Shown: positions 1-8,153, counted from the stretch's first letter. The stretch: DNA of 64,000 nucleotides from Clostridia bacterium (GCA_045538455.1 JAZSRL010000006.1:48135-112134), one strand, 5' to 3'. Notes: a model not told the origin generated them from the letters alone. Program-made: numbers and translations.

Positions 1-1014
1 GTTAATTGCATATTTGTTGTAGGGCGCAATTCCGTGTGCATCTTTATAAAGAGTGCGGTCCATTAAAAAGCATGCAGCTGTTTCGATAAAGTATCGATGT
101 AAATAGCGCTCTAAATTGGATTGAGCTAATAAAGCTTTCTTTTCTTCGGCTTTTTGTTTGCGTAGTTCGGCATTTTTTAAATTGATACGAATAATGGTGT
201 TTTTCGTTGTTGGTACATTGGTTTGTGGCATAACTGGGTCACCTATCACAAAATTAGGGTCAATTAATGTAGGTGCATAATCTGAGTTTATTTCGTCTAT
301 GTTTATGTGTTCAGAATTTGTAACATTGTGTTGCGTGTCTTGAATTTCTTCAACTATTGGTGTTTCTTTAAGTAATTCTAAGTTATTAGGTGTTGAAGCT
401 GTTTCTTTTTCTTCGTTAATAAAATCAGTATATAATTCATTGGGAATTTCGGGTTCGAAATTGTTTGATTCCATGAGTGCTGCTTGGCGATGGGTGTAAA
501 GTTCTTCGTTTGTTGCTGTTTCAATTTCAGTGGTTTCATCGGTTTCAAAATCATCTTCATAGTCGTTAAAATCATCATCTTCATCATCGTAAGGTTCCGC
601 TTCTGGAATAATGATTTCAGGTAAATCCAAAATGGTGCGTTCACGCTCATTATTTGTTACTTCTTGTAATTTTTTAGTAATTTCTTGTTCATTTGCAAAA
701 CCGTGATAAAGTGATTCAAAATCATCAATGTTTGTATTTTTGTCGGTTAATAAAACATCTTTCTTATCAGATATAATTGAAGTTATATTTGAATGATTAA
801 CTTTTTTTGTTGCTGGGGCTAAATTAAGTTCGGTTTCACCTTGATCGAAAAAAACTTGATAAATTAGATAGCCTGCGGTGGGGAGTGATAAAACAATACC
901 AAGAAAAAAGAAAATCGGTTTTCCAATTGGAATCCCAATAATAGATAATACTACGCCTGCAATGCAAAGCAGTATACTAATCCAAACAAAGTTGCGCTTA
1001 AAAAAATCACTCAT
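1..1014 (-). CDS. hypothetical membrane-anchored acidic protein (3' end runs off the window)
   Basis: Absent from the ORF track because no stop is reached. ATG at 1014 (MSDFFKRNFVWISILLCIAGVVLSIIGIPIG...). Translated by hand, the frame stays open to base 1 (338 codons). Two N-terminal hydrophobic helices, then the D/E-rich tract EAEPYDDEDDDFNDYEDDFETDE. Track ORF 378..650 is an out-of-frame shadow. Confidence 0.6.
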   Translation of the reverse strand, partial: MSDFFKRNFVWISILLCIAGVVLSIIGIPIGKPIFFFLGIVLSLPTAGYLIYQVFFDQGETELNLAPATKKVNHSNITSIISDKKDVLLTDKNTNIDDFESLYHGFANEQEITKKLQEVTNNERERTILDLPEIIIPEAEPYDDEDDDFNDYEDDFETDETTEIETATNEELYTHRQAALMESNNFEPEIPNELYTDFINEEKETASTPNNLELLKETPIVEEIQDTQHNVTNSEHINIDEINSDYAPTLIDPNFVIGDPVMPQTNVPTTKNTIIRINLKNAELRKQKAEEKKALLAQSNLERYLHRYFIETAACFLMDRTLYKDAHGIAPYNKYAIN

Positions 1015-1058
1015 TTTTGTTCCCCCGATTAATTCTAATCAATTTAATGATATAATAA

Positions 1059-1087
1059 TTGCGGAAATTTGTAAATCGTAATATAAT
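1059..1087 (+). promoter_or_regulatory. putative sigma-A promoter of hslU
   Basis: TTGCGG (1059-1064), 17 nt spacer, TATAAT (1082-1087). SD AGGAGG at 1100-1105 and ATG at 1114. Confidence 0.4.
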
Positions 1088-1113
1088 ATTGTCATTATTA
1101 GGAGGTTTGAATT

Positions 1114-2445
1114 ATGGATCTTTTCCCAAAAGATATTGTTGAACAACTTGATCGTTATGTTATTGGTCAAAAAGAAGCAAAGCGTGTGGTAGCTATTGCT
1201 TTACGCAATCGGTATCGCCGCTCAAAACTAGCAAAAGCAGTTGCAGATGAAATTACACCAAAAAATATAATTATGAAAGGGCCTACGGGTGTAGGTAAGA
1301 CTGAAATTGCACGCCGTTTGTCAAAATTGGTCGGTGCACCTTTTATTAAGGTGGAAGCAACAAAATATACGGAAGTCGGTTATGTTGGGCGTGATGTTGA
1401 AAGTATGATTCGCGATTTAGTTGAAGTTGCGATTCGTATGACGCGTGACACAAAATATGCTGAAGTAAAAAAGAAGGCGGAAGCAATTGTTGAACGCCGT
1501 ATTGTGAATGCGATTGTTGCAGAAAAGAAAAAGAAGGTTACAGACATAGCAGAAAGTATGTTGTATGAACAATCTGTTAATGAATACCGCGATGGAAAGT
1601 TGGAAAATTTCATGATTGAATTTGATGTCGTTCGTGAGATGAAACCAGTGATTGATATGCCTATGGGAATGGGTGTTGGTATTGAAATTGGTTCGATTTT
1701 TGACAAAGTTTCCGGTATGTTCCCCAAACAAACAAAGAAGAAGTCAATGACTGTTAGTGCAGCTCGCGAATTATTCTTAGAGGAAGAATGTAGCAAATTA
1801 ATTGATCAAGATGTTATCAATGCAGAAGGTATTGCTTTGGCAGAACAAAAAGGTATCATTTTTATCGATGAAATTGACAAAATTGGTTCTACTGGTGGCA
1901 GCGGTCATGGTCCAGAAGTAAGCCGTGAAGGTGTTCAGCGCGATATTTTGCCGATTGTCGAAGGCTGCACGGTACAAACTAAATACGGCATGGTTAAGAC
2001 GGATTATATTTTGTTTATCGCTGCAGGAGCTTTCCATGTAAGTAAAATTGATGACTTAATTCCAGAATTACAAGGGCGTTTCCCAATTCGTGTTGAATTG
2101 GATTCTTTAAATAAAGATGATTTCTATAAAATTTTAACACAACCATACAATGCAATTACAAAGCAATATCAAGAATTATTGGCTGTGGATAATGTTGAAT
2201 TAAAATTTGAAAAAGAAGCATTAATGCTTTTGGCGGAGTTGGCTGCAAATGAAAATGATACAAATGAAAATTTAGGTGCGCGTCGTTTGCATTCAATTAT
2301 GGAACATTTGTTAGAAGATGTGTTGTTTAATGCAGGAAGCAAAAAATCAGAAGAAAAAGAAGTAATTGTTGTTGACAAAGCTTTCGTTGAAAAGAACATG
2401 AAACAACTAATCAAGAAAATTGACTTACATAAATATGTTTTATAG
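1114..2445 (+). CDS. hslU: ATP-dependent protease ATPase subunit HslU (ClpY)
   Basis: 443 aa. N-terminus LDRYVIGQKEAKRVVAIALRNRYRR, Walker A GPTGVGKTEIARRLSKL, Walker B IIFIDEIDKI, C-terminal GARRLHSIME. Strong SD. Confidence 0.93.
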   Translation: MDLFPKDIVEQLDRYVIGQKEAKRVVAIALRNRYRRSKLAKAVADEITPKNIIMKGPTGVGKTEIARRLSKLVGAPFIKVEATKYTEVGYVGRDVESMIRDLVEVAIRMTRDTKYAEVKKKAEAIVERRIVNAIVAEKKKKVTDIAESMLYEQSVNEYRDGKLENFMIEFDVVREMKPVIDMPMGMGVGIEIGSIFDKVSGMFPKQTKKKSMTVSAARELFLEEECSKLIDQDVINAEGIALAEQKGIIFIDEIDKIGSTGGSGHGPEVSREGVQRDILPIVEGCTVQTKYGMVKTDYILFIAAGAFHVSKIDDLIPELQGRFPIRVELDSLNKDDFYKILTQPYNAITKQYQELLAVDNVELKFEKEALMLLAELAANENDTNENLGARRLHSIMEHLLEDVLFNAGSKKSEEKEVIVVDKAFVEKNMKQLIKKIDLHKYVL

Positions 2446-3432
2446 TTGTTCTAGAAGTTCGTCATGAAGTTTTTGCATATCGGCAATGACAGTTTCTTTT
2501 GTACTGTTTATCATTTGTGTTACGATTGGATTATTGTGTTTTCGTTTAACGATTAAAATACGGTTATCCTTGTGTGTAACGCAAAAGAAATGATGTTGGC
2601 AATGGCGGCAGCGTGGGCTGTGAACTTCTGTGAAAAGTTGGTCAGGGTTGAAAGTATTGTCTACTCGCAATGGAACACGATATGTTTCCAAAAGTTTGGC
2701 AACATTTTCATGAATAATACCAGCACCATTGTGTGTTAAAATATCCAAAGATTCAAAATCTAAACAGAGAATAGTTTGCGTATTTGATACTAGGCGTGGG
2801 TTTGCAGTTTGAATTCCATGTGTGTCGGTATAATTCTTATACAAACTAGCATGAAGCAATACAGCCATAATAGCGCCTGTATAATCGCTGCCGCCGCGAG
2901 TAAAGAGAGCGGTTTTTCCATCGCGTTGTCCGTAGAAACCGCCTATAACAAATGGAATCTTTTGTTTTAAATGATGTGTTTTGATTTGTTGCTTTGTTGC
3001 TTCTAAATTAATGGTCGAGTCGGAATTAATAATTAAAATATCTGCTGCATCAATAAACTCATAATTGAGATACAAAGCAAATAATTTTGCTGATAAATAT
3101 TCTCCACGCGATACAATAAAAGCATAATCATCTTTTCTTTTTATAATTTCATCACTAACTTGTTTTAAGTCTTTGTAGAAAATTTCATACTTTTGTTTTG
3201 GCAGTAGGTCATCTGCAAGGTTGTTAAACCTTGATATAACATTTTCTAATGTATTAGTTCCTTTTGTATAATCAATTAGATCATCTGTAACTTTTGTTTG
3301 ATATTTTCCGTATTTTCCAGGAGCAGAAACTACAATCGCATGTTGTTCCTTGTTGTTAAAAATTATATTGCGACATTGTTTGATTGTTTCTGGTGTCGCC
3401 ATAGAAAATCCACCAAATTTGACTATTTCCAC
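2440..3432 (-). CDS. aspartate kinase (short form)
   Basis: 330 aa with GTG start. Amino-acid-kinase motifs VKFGGFS, VVSAPGK and TRGGSDYTGA. Lies next to the dipicolinate synthase gene, as dapG does in the Bacillus spoVF region. The C-terminal regulatory part is much shorter than in roughly 400 aa aspartokinases. Confidence 0.75.
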   Translation of the reverse strand: MEIVKFGGFSMATPETIKQCRNIIFNNKEQHAIVVSAPGKYGKYQTKVTDDLIDYTKGTNTLENVISRFNNLADDLLPKQKYEIFYKDLKQVSDEIIKRKDDYAFIVSRGEYLSAKLFALYLNYEFIDAADILIINSDSTINLEATKQQIKTHHLKQKIPFVIGGFYGQRDGKTALFTRGGSDYTGAIMAVLLHASLYKNYTDTHGIQTANPRLVSNTQTILCLDFESLDILTHNGAGIIHENVAKLLETYRVPLRVDNTFNPDQLFTEVHSPRCRHCQHHFFCVTHKDNRILIVKRKHNNPIVTQMINSTKETVIADMQKLHDELLEQL

Positions 3433-3453
3433 AATTATATCATATTCATAAAT

Positions 3454-4767
3454 ATGGAATATGTTTTTCGATTTAATGAAGAATCTAAGGATAAACGAGT
3501 AGAAGAATTAAAAACTATGTTTTTGAATCGTGGATATCAAGTTTTGGACTTTAAGGAAAATTCGAATCAAAAAGGTATTTATTACCTTGAACCAAGGGTA
3601 GAGCCAAAGGAAAACTTTTGGAGATCTGTGGTGTCAGGGAGTTTGGTTTTTGGATATCAACCGCAAATAATTAATGTTCCAGCAGGGATAACTTATATTA
3701 GTTTAAACGATGATTTAGAATTTATAGAAGCAAATAATAATTTAACAGCTAAAGCAATGCGTGAAATTGTTAATCAAGAATATCGTGGTCGTTCGAAAAA
3801 AGTTTTGTTTTGTGGTTATGGGAAACTTACTGCGGCACTAGAAAAAGTTTTTAGTGATTGGAAAATTGGAGTTTTAAATTTTAATTGGCATAAAATGCCG
3901 GAGATAACGCAGAAATATGGTAATGAAGCACATTTTAAAACAGCGCCTTTTAAAGATTTTCCGGTAATTATTAATACAATTCCAAGCAACATAATCAAAG
4001 TAGCGGATTGGGATAAAAAGTGTGTTAAGCAAAAAATTTATGATTTAGCTTCGGCTCCGTTTGGGTTTGATTGGACTGGAGTTGAACAATCAGATTATGA
4101 TTATCAAGTCTTACCAGGTTTGCCGGGTAAATTCTATCCAAAGGAGGCGGCTTTAGCAGTATTTACTTCTATTGAAAAGTATCTTTTATTACACGCAAAG
4201 CCGGCACTTGTTTTGTGTATTACAGGCAGTGCGTGCAGTTTTGTAAAGTTGTTAAATATTTTAAGAGACTTAGTTGAGCGATATGAAATTTATCCGGTTG
4301 TATCGCCAAATGCTAATGTTCCAAATCGTTTTATCGATAATTTAACATTTCAAAGTGAAATTAGGCGATTAACTGGTCACGAAATAATTACAACTATTGC
4401 TGGTGCAGAGCGGCTATCTAGTATACCAAAGTTGCAGGGAAGTATTCTGTTTCCAGCGACCGGTAATACTATGGCTAAATTAGCACATGGAATTACAGAC
4501 ACTTGTGTTTTAATGGCTGTGAAAGCCTTACTACGGAATAATAAGCCATGTGTGGTAGGATTAGCAACGAATGATGCCTTATCAGGTAATGCAAAAAACA
4601 TTGGAGAATTACTTAATCGTCGTAATTTTTACTTTGTGCCATTCCGCCAAGACCAACCAGTATTAAAACCTTATTCTTGTATATGTGACTTTAACAAAGT
4701 TTTAGATACGGTTGAAGCGGCTTTGCATGGGGAACAAATTCAACCCTTATTGTTAGGCGTAATTTAA
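3454..4767 (+). CDS. dpaA/dpaB: dipicolinate synthase, DpaA (SpoVFA) and DpaB (SpoVFB) fused in one polypeptide
   Basis: The track ORF 3298..4767 is trimmed to the ATG at 3454 (MEYVFRFNEE). The N-terminal half matches SpoVFA (VLFCGYGKLTAA Rossmann motif, INTIPSNII, IYDLASAPFG, LPGLPGKFYPK). The C-terminal half matches the SpoVFB flavoprotein (LCITGSACSF, FPATGNTMAKLAHGITDT, VGLATNDALSGNAKN, FVPFRQD). One continuous frame. Confidence 0.85.
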   Translation: MEYVFRFNEESKDKRVEELKTMFLNRGYQVLDFKENSNQKGIYYLEPRVEPKENFWRSVVSGSLVFGYQPQIINVPAGITYISLNDDLEFIEANNNLTAKAMREIVNQEYRGRSKKVLFCGYGKLTAALEKVFSDWKIGVLNFNWHKMPEITQKYGNEAHFKTAPFKDFPVIINTIPSNIIKVADWDKKCVKQKIYDLASAPFGFDWTGVEQSDYDYQVLPGLPGKFYPKEAALAVFTSIEKYLLLHAKPALVLCITGSACSFVKLLNILRDLVERYEIYPVVSPNANVPNRFIDNLTFQSEIRRLTGHEIITTIAGAERLSSIPKLQGSILFPATGNTMAKLAHGITDTCVLMAVKALLRNNKPCVVGLATNDALSGNAKNIGELLNRRNFYFVPFRQDQPVLKPYSCICDFNKVLDTVEAALHGEQIQPLLLGVI

Positions 4768-5067
4768 AGATTGATCGATTAATTGCTTTAAAACAGAAAA
4801 TGATTTTATGCCTATGATAGCAGGTAGTTTTTGTCCATGGCGAAAAGGTAATAGTGTAGGCAGAGCTGAAATTTGATAGGTTTGTAATATTGGGGGGTAA
4901 GCATCTATATTAATTAAATAAAATTTTACTAGAGGAAACGATTGTTCTAATTGGTTAAAGATTGGTTCCATAATTTTACAGTTAAAACAATTAGAACCAT
5001 GAAAAATTAAAATTACTTTCCCCGTGCGGATAACATCCACAATGTTTTTAGCTTGTATGTTTTTCAT
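4753..5067 (-). CDS. thioredoxin-like protein
   Basis: 104 aa. CxxC motif (GSNCFNCKIMEP) in a thioredoxin-sized protein, followed by the cis-Pro region ISALPTLL. Confidence 0.7.
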   Translation of the reverse strand: MKNIQAKNIVDVIRTGKVILIFHGSNCFNCKIMEPIFNQLEQSFPLVKFYLINIDAYPPILQTYQISALPTLLPFRHGQKLPAIIGIKSFSVLKQLIDQSLNYA

Positions 5068-5102
5068 GACTTATTTTATGGGCAATTTGTGCTTTCTGAC
5101 AC

Positions 5103-5130
5103 TTTACAAATTTGTTAGTTATGGTATTAT
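5103..5130 (+). promoter_or_regulatory. putative sigma-A promoter of tRNA-Arg
   Basis: TTTACA (5103-5108), 16 nt spacer, TATTAT (5125-5130) preceded by TGg (extended -10). Ends 8 nt before the tRNA 5' end. Confidence 0.5.
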
Positions 5131-5138
5131 ATAGTAGC

Positions 5139-5215
5139 GTTTCCGTAGCTCAGTTGGATAGAGCATCGCCCTTCTAAGGCGAGGGTCCCGTGTTCGAGCC
5201 ACGGCGGAAACACCA
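5139..5215 (+). tRNA. tRNA-Arg (anticodon TCT)
   Basis: Hand-folded cloverleaf: acceptor GTTTCCG/CGGAAAC, D arm GCTC..GAGC, anticodon stem TCGCC/GGCGA with loop CTTCTAA, T arm CCGTG-TTCGAGC-CACGG, encoded CCA. 77 nt. Confidence 0.92.
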
Positions 5216-5246
5216 AAAAAAAGAGCGGTGTGATGCCGCTCTTTTA
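5216..5246. terminator. bidirectional rho-independent terminator
   Basis: Hairpin AAGAGCGG-tgtgatg-CCGCTCTT with an A-tract on one side and a T-tract on the other. Lies between tRNA-Arg (+) and the stop of the minus-strand CDS 5244..6131. Confidence 0.75.
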
Positions 5247-6131
5247 TTTTTGTAAAGTATCTTCAATTTGATTTGTTTTTTTTGTGGGTTTAATTTTACC
5301 TTTGTTTACTAAATTTTCGTTTATTTGATATTCAGAAGCAAAATTTGCAATCAATCCACTACACATATCTTGTGTCCCGTATATTCCTTGATTTGATAAT
5401 AAGTTGGCAACGATTTCAATTTGTTTGTGAAGTAGGGTAAGAATTTCTGTGCGTTTTTTGTTTTGTGGATTTGCAATTATTTGTTTTAGTTTAGTAAGTT
5501 CTATACTAAATTGTTTGGCTGCCTCTTTATCTTCAAATGAATTTATTATTTCATTTTCAAGCTTTTCTAATGCGTTAAGTGTAGCTTGTGTATTTCTAAT
5601 TGCTTTTCTTATGTTCGTTTTTTTCCATTTTACTTCTGTATTTGTTTTTATTCCATGACGGGTTTGTTTTATAACTTTTAAAGCAGATTCAATATTGGAA
5701 ATATTTTTTAAAGTTAAATATTCATGTTTTAAGTTTGTTGGTACTTGTTTATCTTTATAGCAATTGATAAATTCATCAGCTGTGTCTTGTTCAATATTTG
5801 GTTTAACATTTTTTTGGAAATAATGTTCACGGTATGTAGAATAAGCAGTTGTAATATTGTCGGTTTGACGATCTTTACGATTTAGAATATAGACTAAGTC
5901 AGATGTTTTTCTGTCAAACTCATGAAGTTCGAGAGTTGTTAATTTTGAATCCCAGATATTGTTATAATCGTACTCAGAAAAATGAGTCACAGTTTCACTA
6001 AGATTATGTTGATTTAAGTTTTTTGTTGTTGAATTTTGTGCTGTAAGTGGTTGATGTAATACTAAACTAGCTGCTAGAGTAAGTGCAGCTTTTTTACCTA
6101 CTGTACTAAAATTAAATTTACTTTTTTTCAT
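5244..6131 (-). CDS. hypothetical secreted protein
   Basis: 295 aa. N-terminal signal-like segment MKKSKFNFSTVGKKAALTLAASLVLHQPLTAQ. The remainder is K/N/E/Q-rich and predicted helical. No family recognised. Confidence 0.6.
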   Translation of the reverse strand: MKKSKFNFSTVGKKAALTLAASLVLHQPLTAQNSTTKNLNQHNLSETVTHFSEYDYNNIWDSKLTTLELHEFDRKTSDLVYILNRKDRQTDNITTAYSTYREHYFQKNVKPNIEQDTADEFINCYKDKQVPTNLKHEYLTLKNISNIESALKVIKQTRHGIKTNTEVKWKKTNIRKAIRNTQATLNALEKLENEIINSFEDKEAAKQFSIELTKLKQIIANPQNKKRTEILTLLHKQIEIVANLLSNQGIYGTQDMCSGLIANFASEYQINENLVNKGKIKPTKKTNQIEDTLQK

Positions 6132-6175
6132 AACTTATTATAACATTTTGACCAATCAAAAATCAATAGTTATCG

Positions 6176-6205
6176 AAAAATAAAAAGAGCGGTGTTTCCG
6201 CTCTT
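6176..6205 (-). terminator. rho-independent terminator after CDS 6212..7846
   Basis: Hairpin AAGAGCGG-aaaca-CCGCTCTT (minus-strand reading) followed by a T-run. Same stem core as the terminator at 5216-5246. Confidence 0.7.
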
Positions 6206-6211
6206 GATATA

Positions 6212-7846
6212 TTAACGACCTTGGATGTATCGAGGTGTTTCTGGTATTTTGGTTATATCATCTGAGTCGCCTTCTTTATCATCATCCGTTTTTTGTTTAT
6301 CGCCAGGTTCTTTTTCTGGCTCTTTTTCAGGTTCTTTTTCTGGTTCTTTGATGTTTTTATTTGAAATAAAATTTTTACCGCCATTAATTGAACTTGTAAT
6401 TACCATATCGCCAATACGAATATTGAATATAATACCAGCATTAAGATCGTGGCTTTTGAAGTCGGTTAACCAATCAAATTTGCCACCTACGAAGATTGCA
6501 TCATTAATTTTGTAAATATAAGCAAGATTAGCACCCGTCAAGGTATTGAATTCAAACTTATTTACTTCTTTACCAAAAGAAATGTTGCCAACTACTGTAT
6601 GACGATCTTTAAAGGTTTTTGAAACGCCAGCGTTAGCAGCTAATTGTAGTGTGTCAACATTACCTTCTGTGGTTTTTTCACGAAGATACGCACCATTAAG
6701 ACCAGCGGATAAGCCCCAATTATTTTTTAAATTCCAGTTGCCACTTACACCAAATGTTGCACCTTGTTCTTTATTTGTATGTTTATATCCTGCTTCAACG
6801 CCAAATAAGAATTTGTTTGGTTTTTTTACATCGTAATTCAATTGGTCTAAGTTTGTAATTATTTCGTTAACAATATGTTCTGCAACGATTTTAGCGGCTA
6901 TGCCACGGCGTTGTTCGAATGTACCAAACATTTCTTCAGGTAATTCATTAGCAAGTGAATTAATATGGTCAATTAATTCCTTTTCGTTAATTGATGTTCC
7001 TTTATGTGAAACTAGCTCTTTAATTTCGTTTAATTTGTTCGAGATTATTTTGGGGTCGGTTGTTTCTTTGTAATATTTTTTATTTTCGTGCGCAAAGCGA
7101 CAGAAACTGTTAATAAGTGTATCTTCGATATTTACTAAGAAATCTTTAGATTCTTGTAGTGGGTTACGATCTTTTGGATCTTTTCCATCTTTATCGGTAA
7201 CTTTAAATTGTTTTGATTTAATAAAATTAGCATAAACTTCGTTGTTTTGGTCATAGTGGTCAACTTGTTCAATAATTTTTCCTTCGTCTGCACCCGAACG
7301 AATTAAAGTAAAAGTATCAAATGCTTTTTGTACATAGTTTTGAGCAACGGCATTGACAATTGCAACAGTTAATTTGTCTGGTATTCTTTTACCTGTGTTA
7401 TCTTGATAACCATTATTGGCAAAGTAGTTGATTATTTCGTTTATTTGATTATTATCGGTGTTTTTATCAATGTATTTATATTCGCGTAAAAGAGGAACTA
7501 TTTCGTTTTCAATTTGATGCATTTCGTAAGAATCTTGACTGCGTGTCAATTCTAATGTATCAATAGCTAATTGATTTAAAATATCAGTACAGTCGTTTAA
7601 TACCTTGTTTTCAAGGCGATTATATTCAGTCATATTTTTGTATTCTGAGTTAGCATTTGCTTGCAAATGATTAACGAAGTTATCGGCACTATAATTAACA
7701 TAATCATTTTCGGTTTGTTTGCCAATAAAATCTTTTGAAATAGCGTTTTGTGTTGCTTTTGGCATTGGTAAACCTGGGAGTTGGTTTAACATAAAAGTTG
7801 TGCCTAAAACAAAAAGTCCTTTTTTAAATTTACTTAATTTTTCCAT
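6212..7846 (-). CDS. hypothetical secreted protein: helical N-domain, beta-barrel-like C-domain, EPEK repeat tail
   Basis: 544 aa. Signal-like N-terminus MEKLSKFKKGLFVLGTTFMLNQLPGLPMPKA. About 8 amphipathic beta-strand-like segments near the C-terminus (FGVEAGYK, TFGVSGNWNL, WGLSAGLNGAYL, LQLAANAGVSKTF, TVVGNISFG, GANLAYIYKI, IFVGGKFDW, NAGIIFNIRIG). These are followed by (EPEK)n and an acidic tail. Confidence 0.6.
   Translation of the reverse strand: MEKLSKFKKGLFVLGTTFMLNQLPGLPMPKATQNAISKDFIGKQTENDYVNYSADNFVNHLQANANSEYKNMTEYNRLENKVLNDCTDILNQLAIDTLELTRSQDSYEMHQIENEIVPLLREYKYIDKNTDNNQINEIINYFANNGYQDNTGKRIPDKLTVAIVNAVAQNYVQKAFDTFTLIRSGADEGKIIEQVDHYDQNNEVYANFIKSKQFKVTDKDGKDPKDRNPLQESKDFLVNIEDTLINSFCRFAHENKKYYKETTDPKIISNKLNEIKELVSHKGTSINEKELIDHINSLANELPEEMFGTFEQRRGIAAKIVAEHIVNEIITNLDQLNYDVKKPNKFLFGVEAGYKHTNKEQGATFGVSGNWNLKNNWGLSAGLNGAYLREKTTEGNVDTLQLAANAGVSKTFKDRHTVVGNISFGKEVNKFEFNTLTGANLAYIYKINDAIFVGGKFDWLTDFKSHDLNAGIIFNIRIGDMVITSSINGGKNFISNKNIKEPEKEPEKEPEKEPGDKQKTDDDKEGDSDDITKIPETPRYIQGR
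6305..6349. repeat. 12-bp tandem repeat (about 3.7 copies) encoding KEPEKEPEKEPEKEP
   Basis: Plus-strand units ggttctttttct / ggctctttttca / ggttctttttct / ggttctttg, inside the 3' end of CDS 6212..7846. Confidence 0.85.
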
Positions 7847-7983
7847 GTTTAAATTTTAACAAATACGCAAGTGATAGTCAATAAATACAGAAAAATAATT
7901 TAACAATTTTTGTTTTTAACAAAAAGTTATTAATTAAAAAATGCTTGTTTTTTTTTGAATCATATGTTAATATAATTTTATTC

Positions 7984-8058
7984 GCGGGAGTAGCACAGCG
8001 GTAGTGCGTCGCCTTGCCAAGGCGAAGGTCGTGAGTTCGAACCTCATTTCCCGCTCCA
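7984..8058 (+). tRNA. tRNA-Gly (anticodon GCC)
   Basis: Acceptor GCGGGAG/TTCCCGC (one G.T pair), anticodon stem TCGCC/GGCGA with loop TTGCCAA, T arm GTGAG-TTCGAAC-CTCAT, encoded CCA. 75 nt. A TATAAT lies at 7971-7976 just upstream. Confidence 0.92.
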
Positions 8059-8064
8059 AAAATA

Positions 8065-8097
8065 AAAACAACCAAAGTTATTTGGTTGTTTTTTTAT
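8065..8097 (+). terminator. rho-independent terminator after tRNA-Gly
   Basis: Hairpin AAAACAACCAAA-gtta-TTTGGTTGTTTT followed by a T-run. Confidence 0.8.
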
Positions 8098-8115
8098 TAA
8101 CATTAAAATAATCGT

Positions 8116-8143
8116 ATTAAAAAAAGGGTTATTTCAACCCTTT
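8116..8143 (-). terminator. rho-independent terminator after the phosphohexomutase gene
   Basis: Minus-strand hairpin AAAGGGTT-gaaat-AACCCTTT followed by TTTTT, 10 nt downstream of the stop at 8154. Confidence 0.7.
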
Positions 8144-8153
8144 AATATAATTT

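Noticed and set aside
378-1081. Track ORFs 378..650 (-) and 878..1081 (+).
   Set aside because: Both overlap the longer window-truncated minus-strand frame 1..1014. That frame has a proper ATG and TM helices and is open for 338 codons.
1380-2414. Minus-strand track ORFs inside hslU (1380..1796, 1417..1731, 1798..2037, 2169..2414). The same class occurs elsewhere: 3816..3998, 4377..4601, 5449..5658, 6225..6515, 6651..6836, 10279..10488, 12998..13207, 14919..15104, 15504..15737, 21357..21617, 22275..23470, 23737..24015, 24169..24899, 25685..25882, 26793..26987, 27320..28798, 28869..29177, 29686..29880, 31364..32643, 35636..36580, 37817..38098, 41723..42319, 42906..43453, 43526..44140, 46681..46995, 48786..49118, 49551..49970, 51387..52274, 53716..53979, 54385..54666, 56043..56579, 57533..57733, 59379..59953, 60101..60349, 63044..63235, 63657..63872.
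   Set aside because: All lie antisense to, or out of frame within, CDS that have clear family motifs. Their translations are low-complexity and typical of AT-rich shadow frames (for example SGSFSGSFSGS opposite the EPEK repeat). None has an SD or a recognisable domain.
6305-6349. Short tandem repeat as a possible CRISPR or other non-coding array.
   Set aside because: The units are 12 bp, contiguous with no spacers, in frame, and encode (EPEK)n inside a CDS. No CRISPR-like repeat-spacer structure exists anywhere in the window.
5139-8058. The tRNA-Arg to tRNA-Gly interval as an integrated mobile island.
   Set aside because: There is no integrase, no duplicated tRNA 3' end or att-like direct repeat, and the base composition does not look distinct. 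Only two secreted-protein genes lie in between.
7878-8075. 65-aa minus-strand ORF.
   Set aside because: It overlaps tRNA-Gly (7984..8058) and its terminator. It is an artefact of the tRNA sequence.
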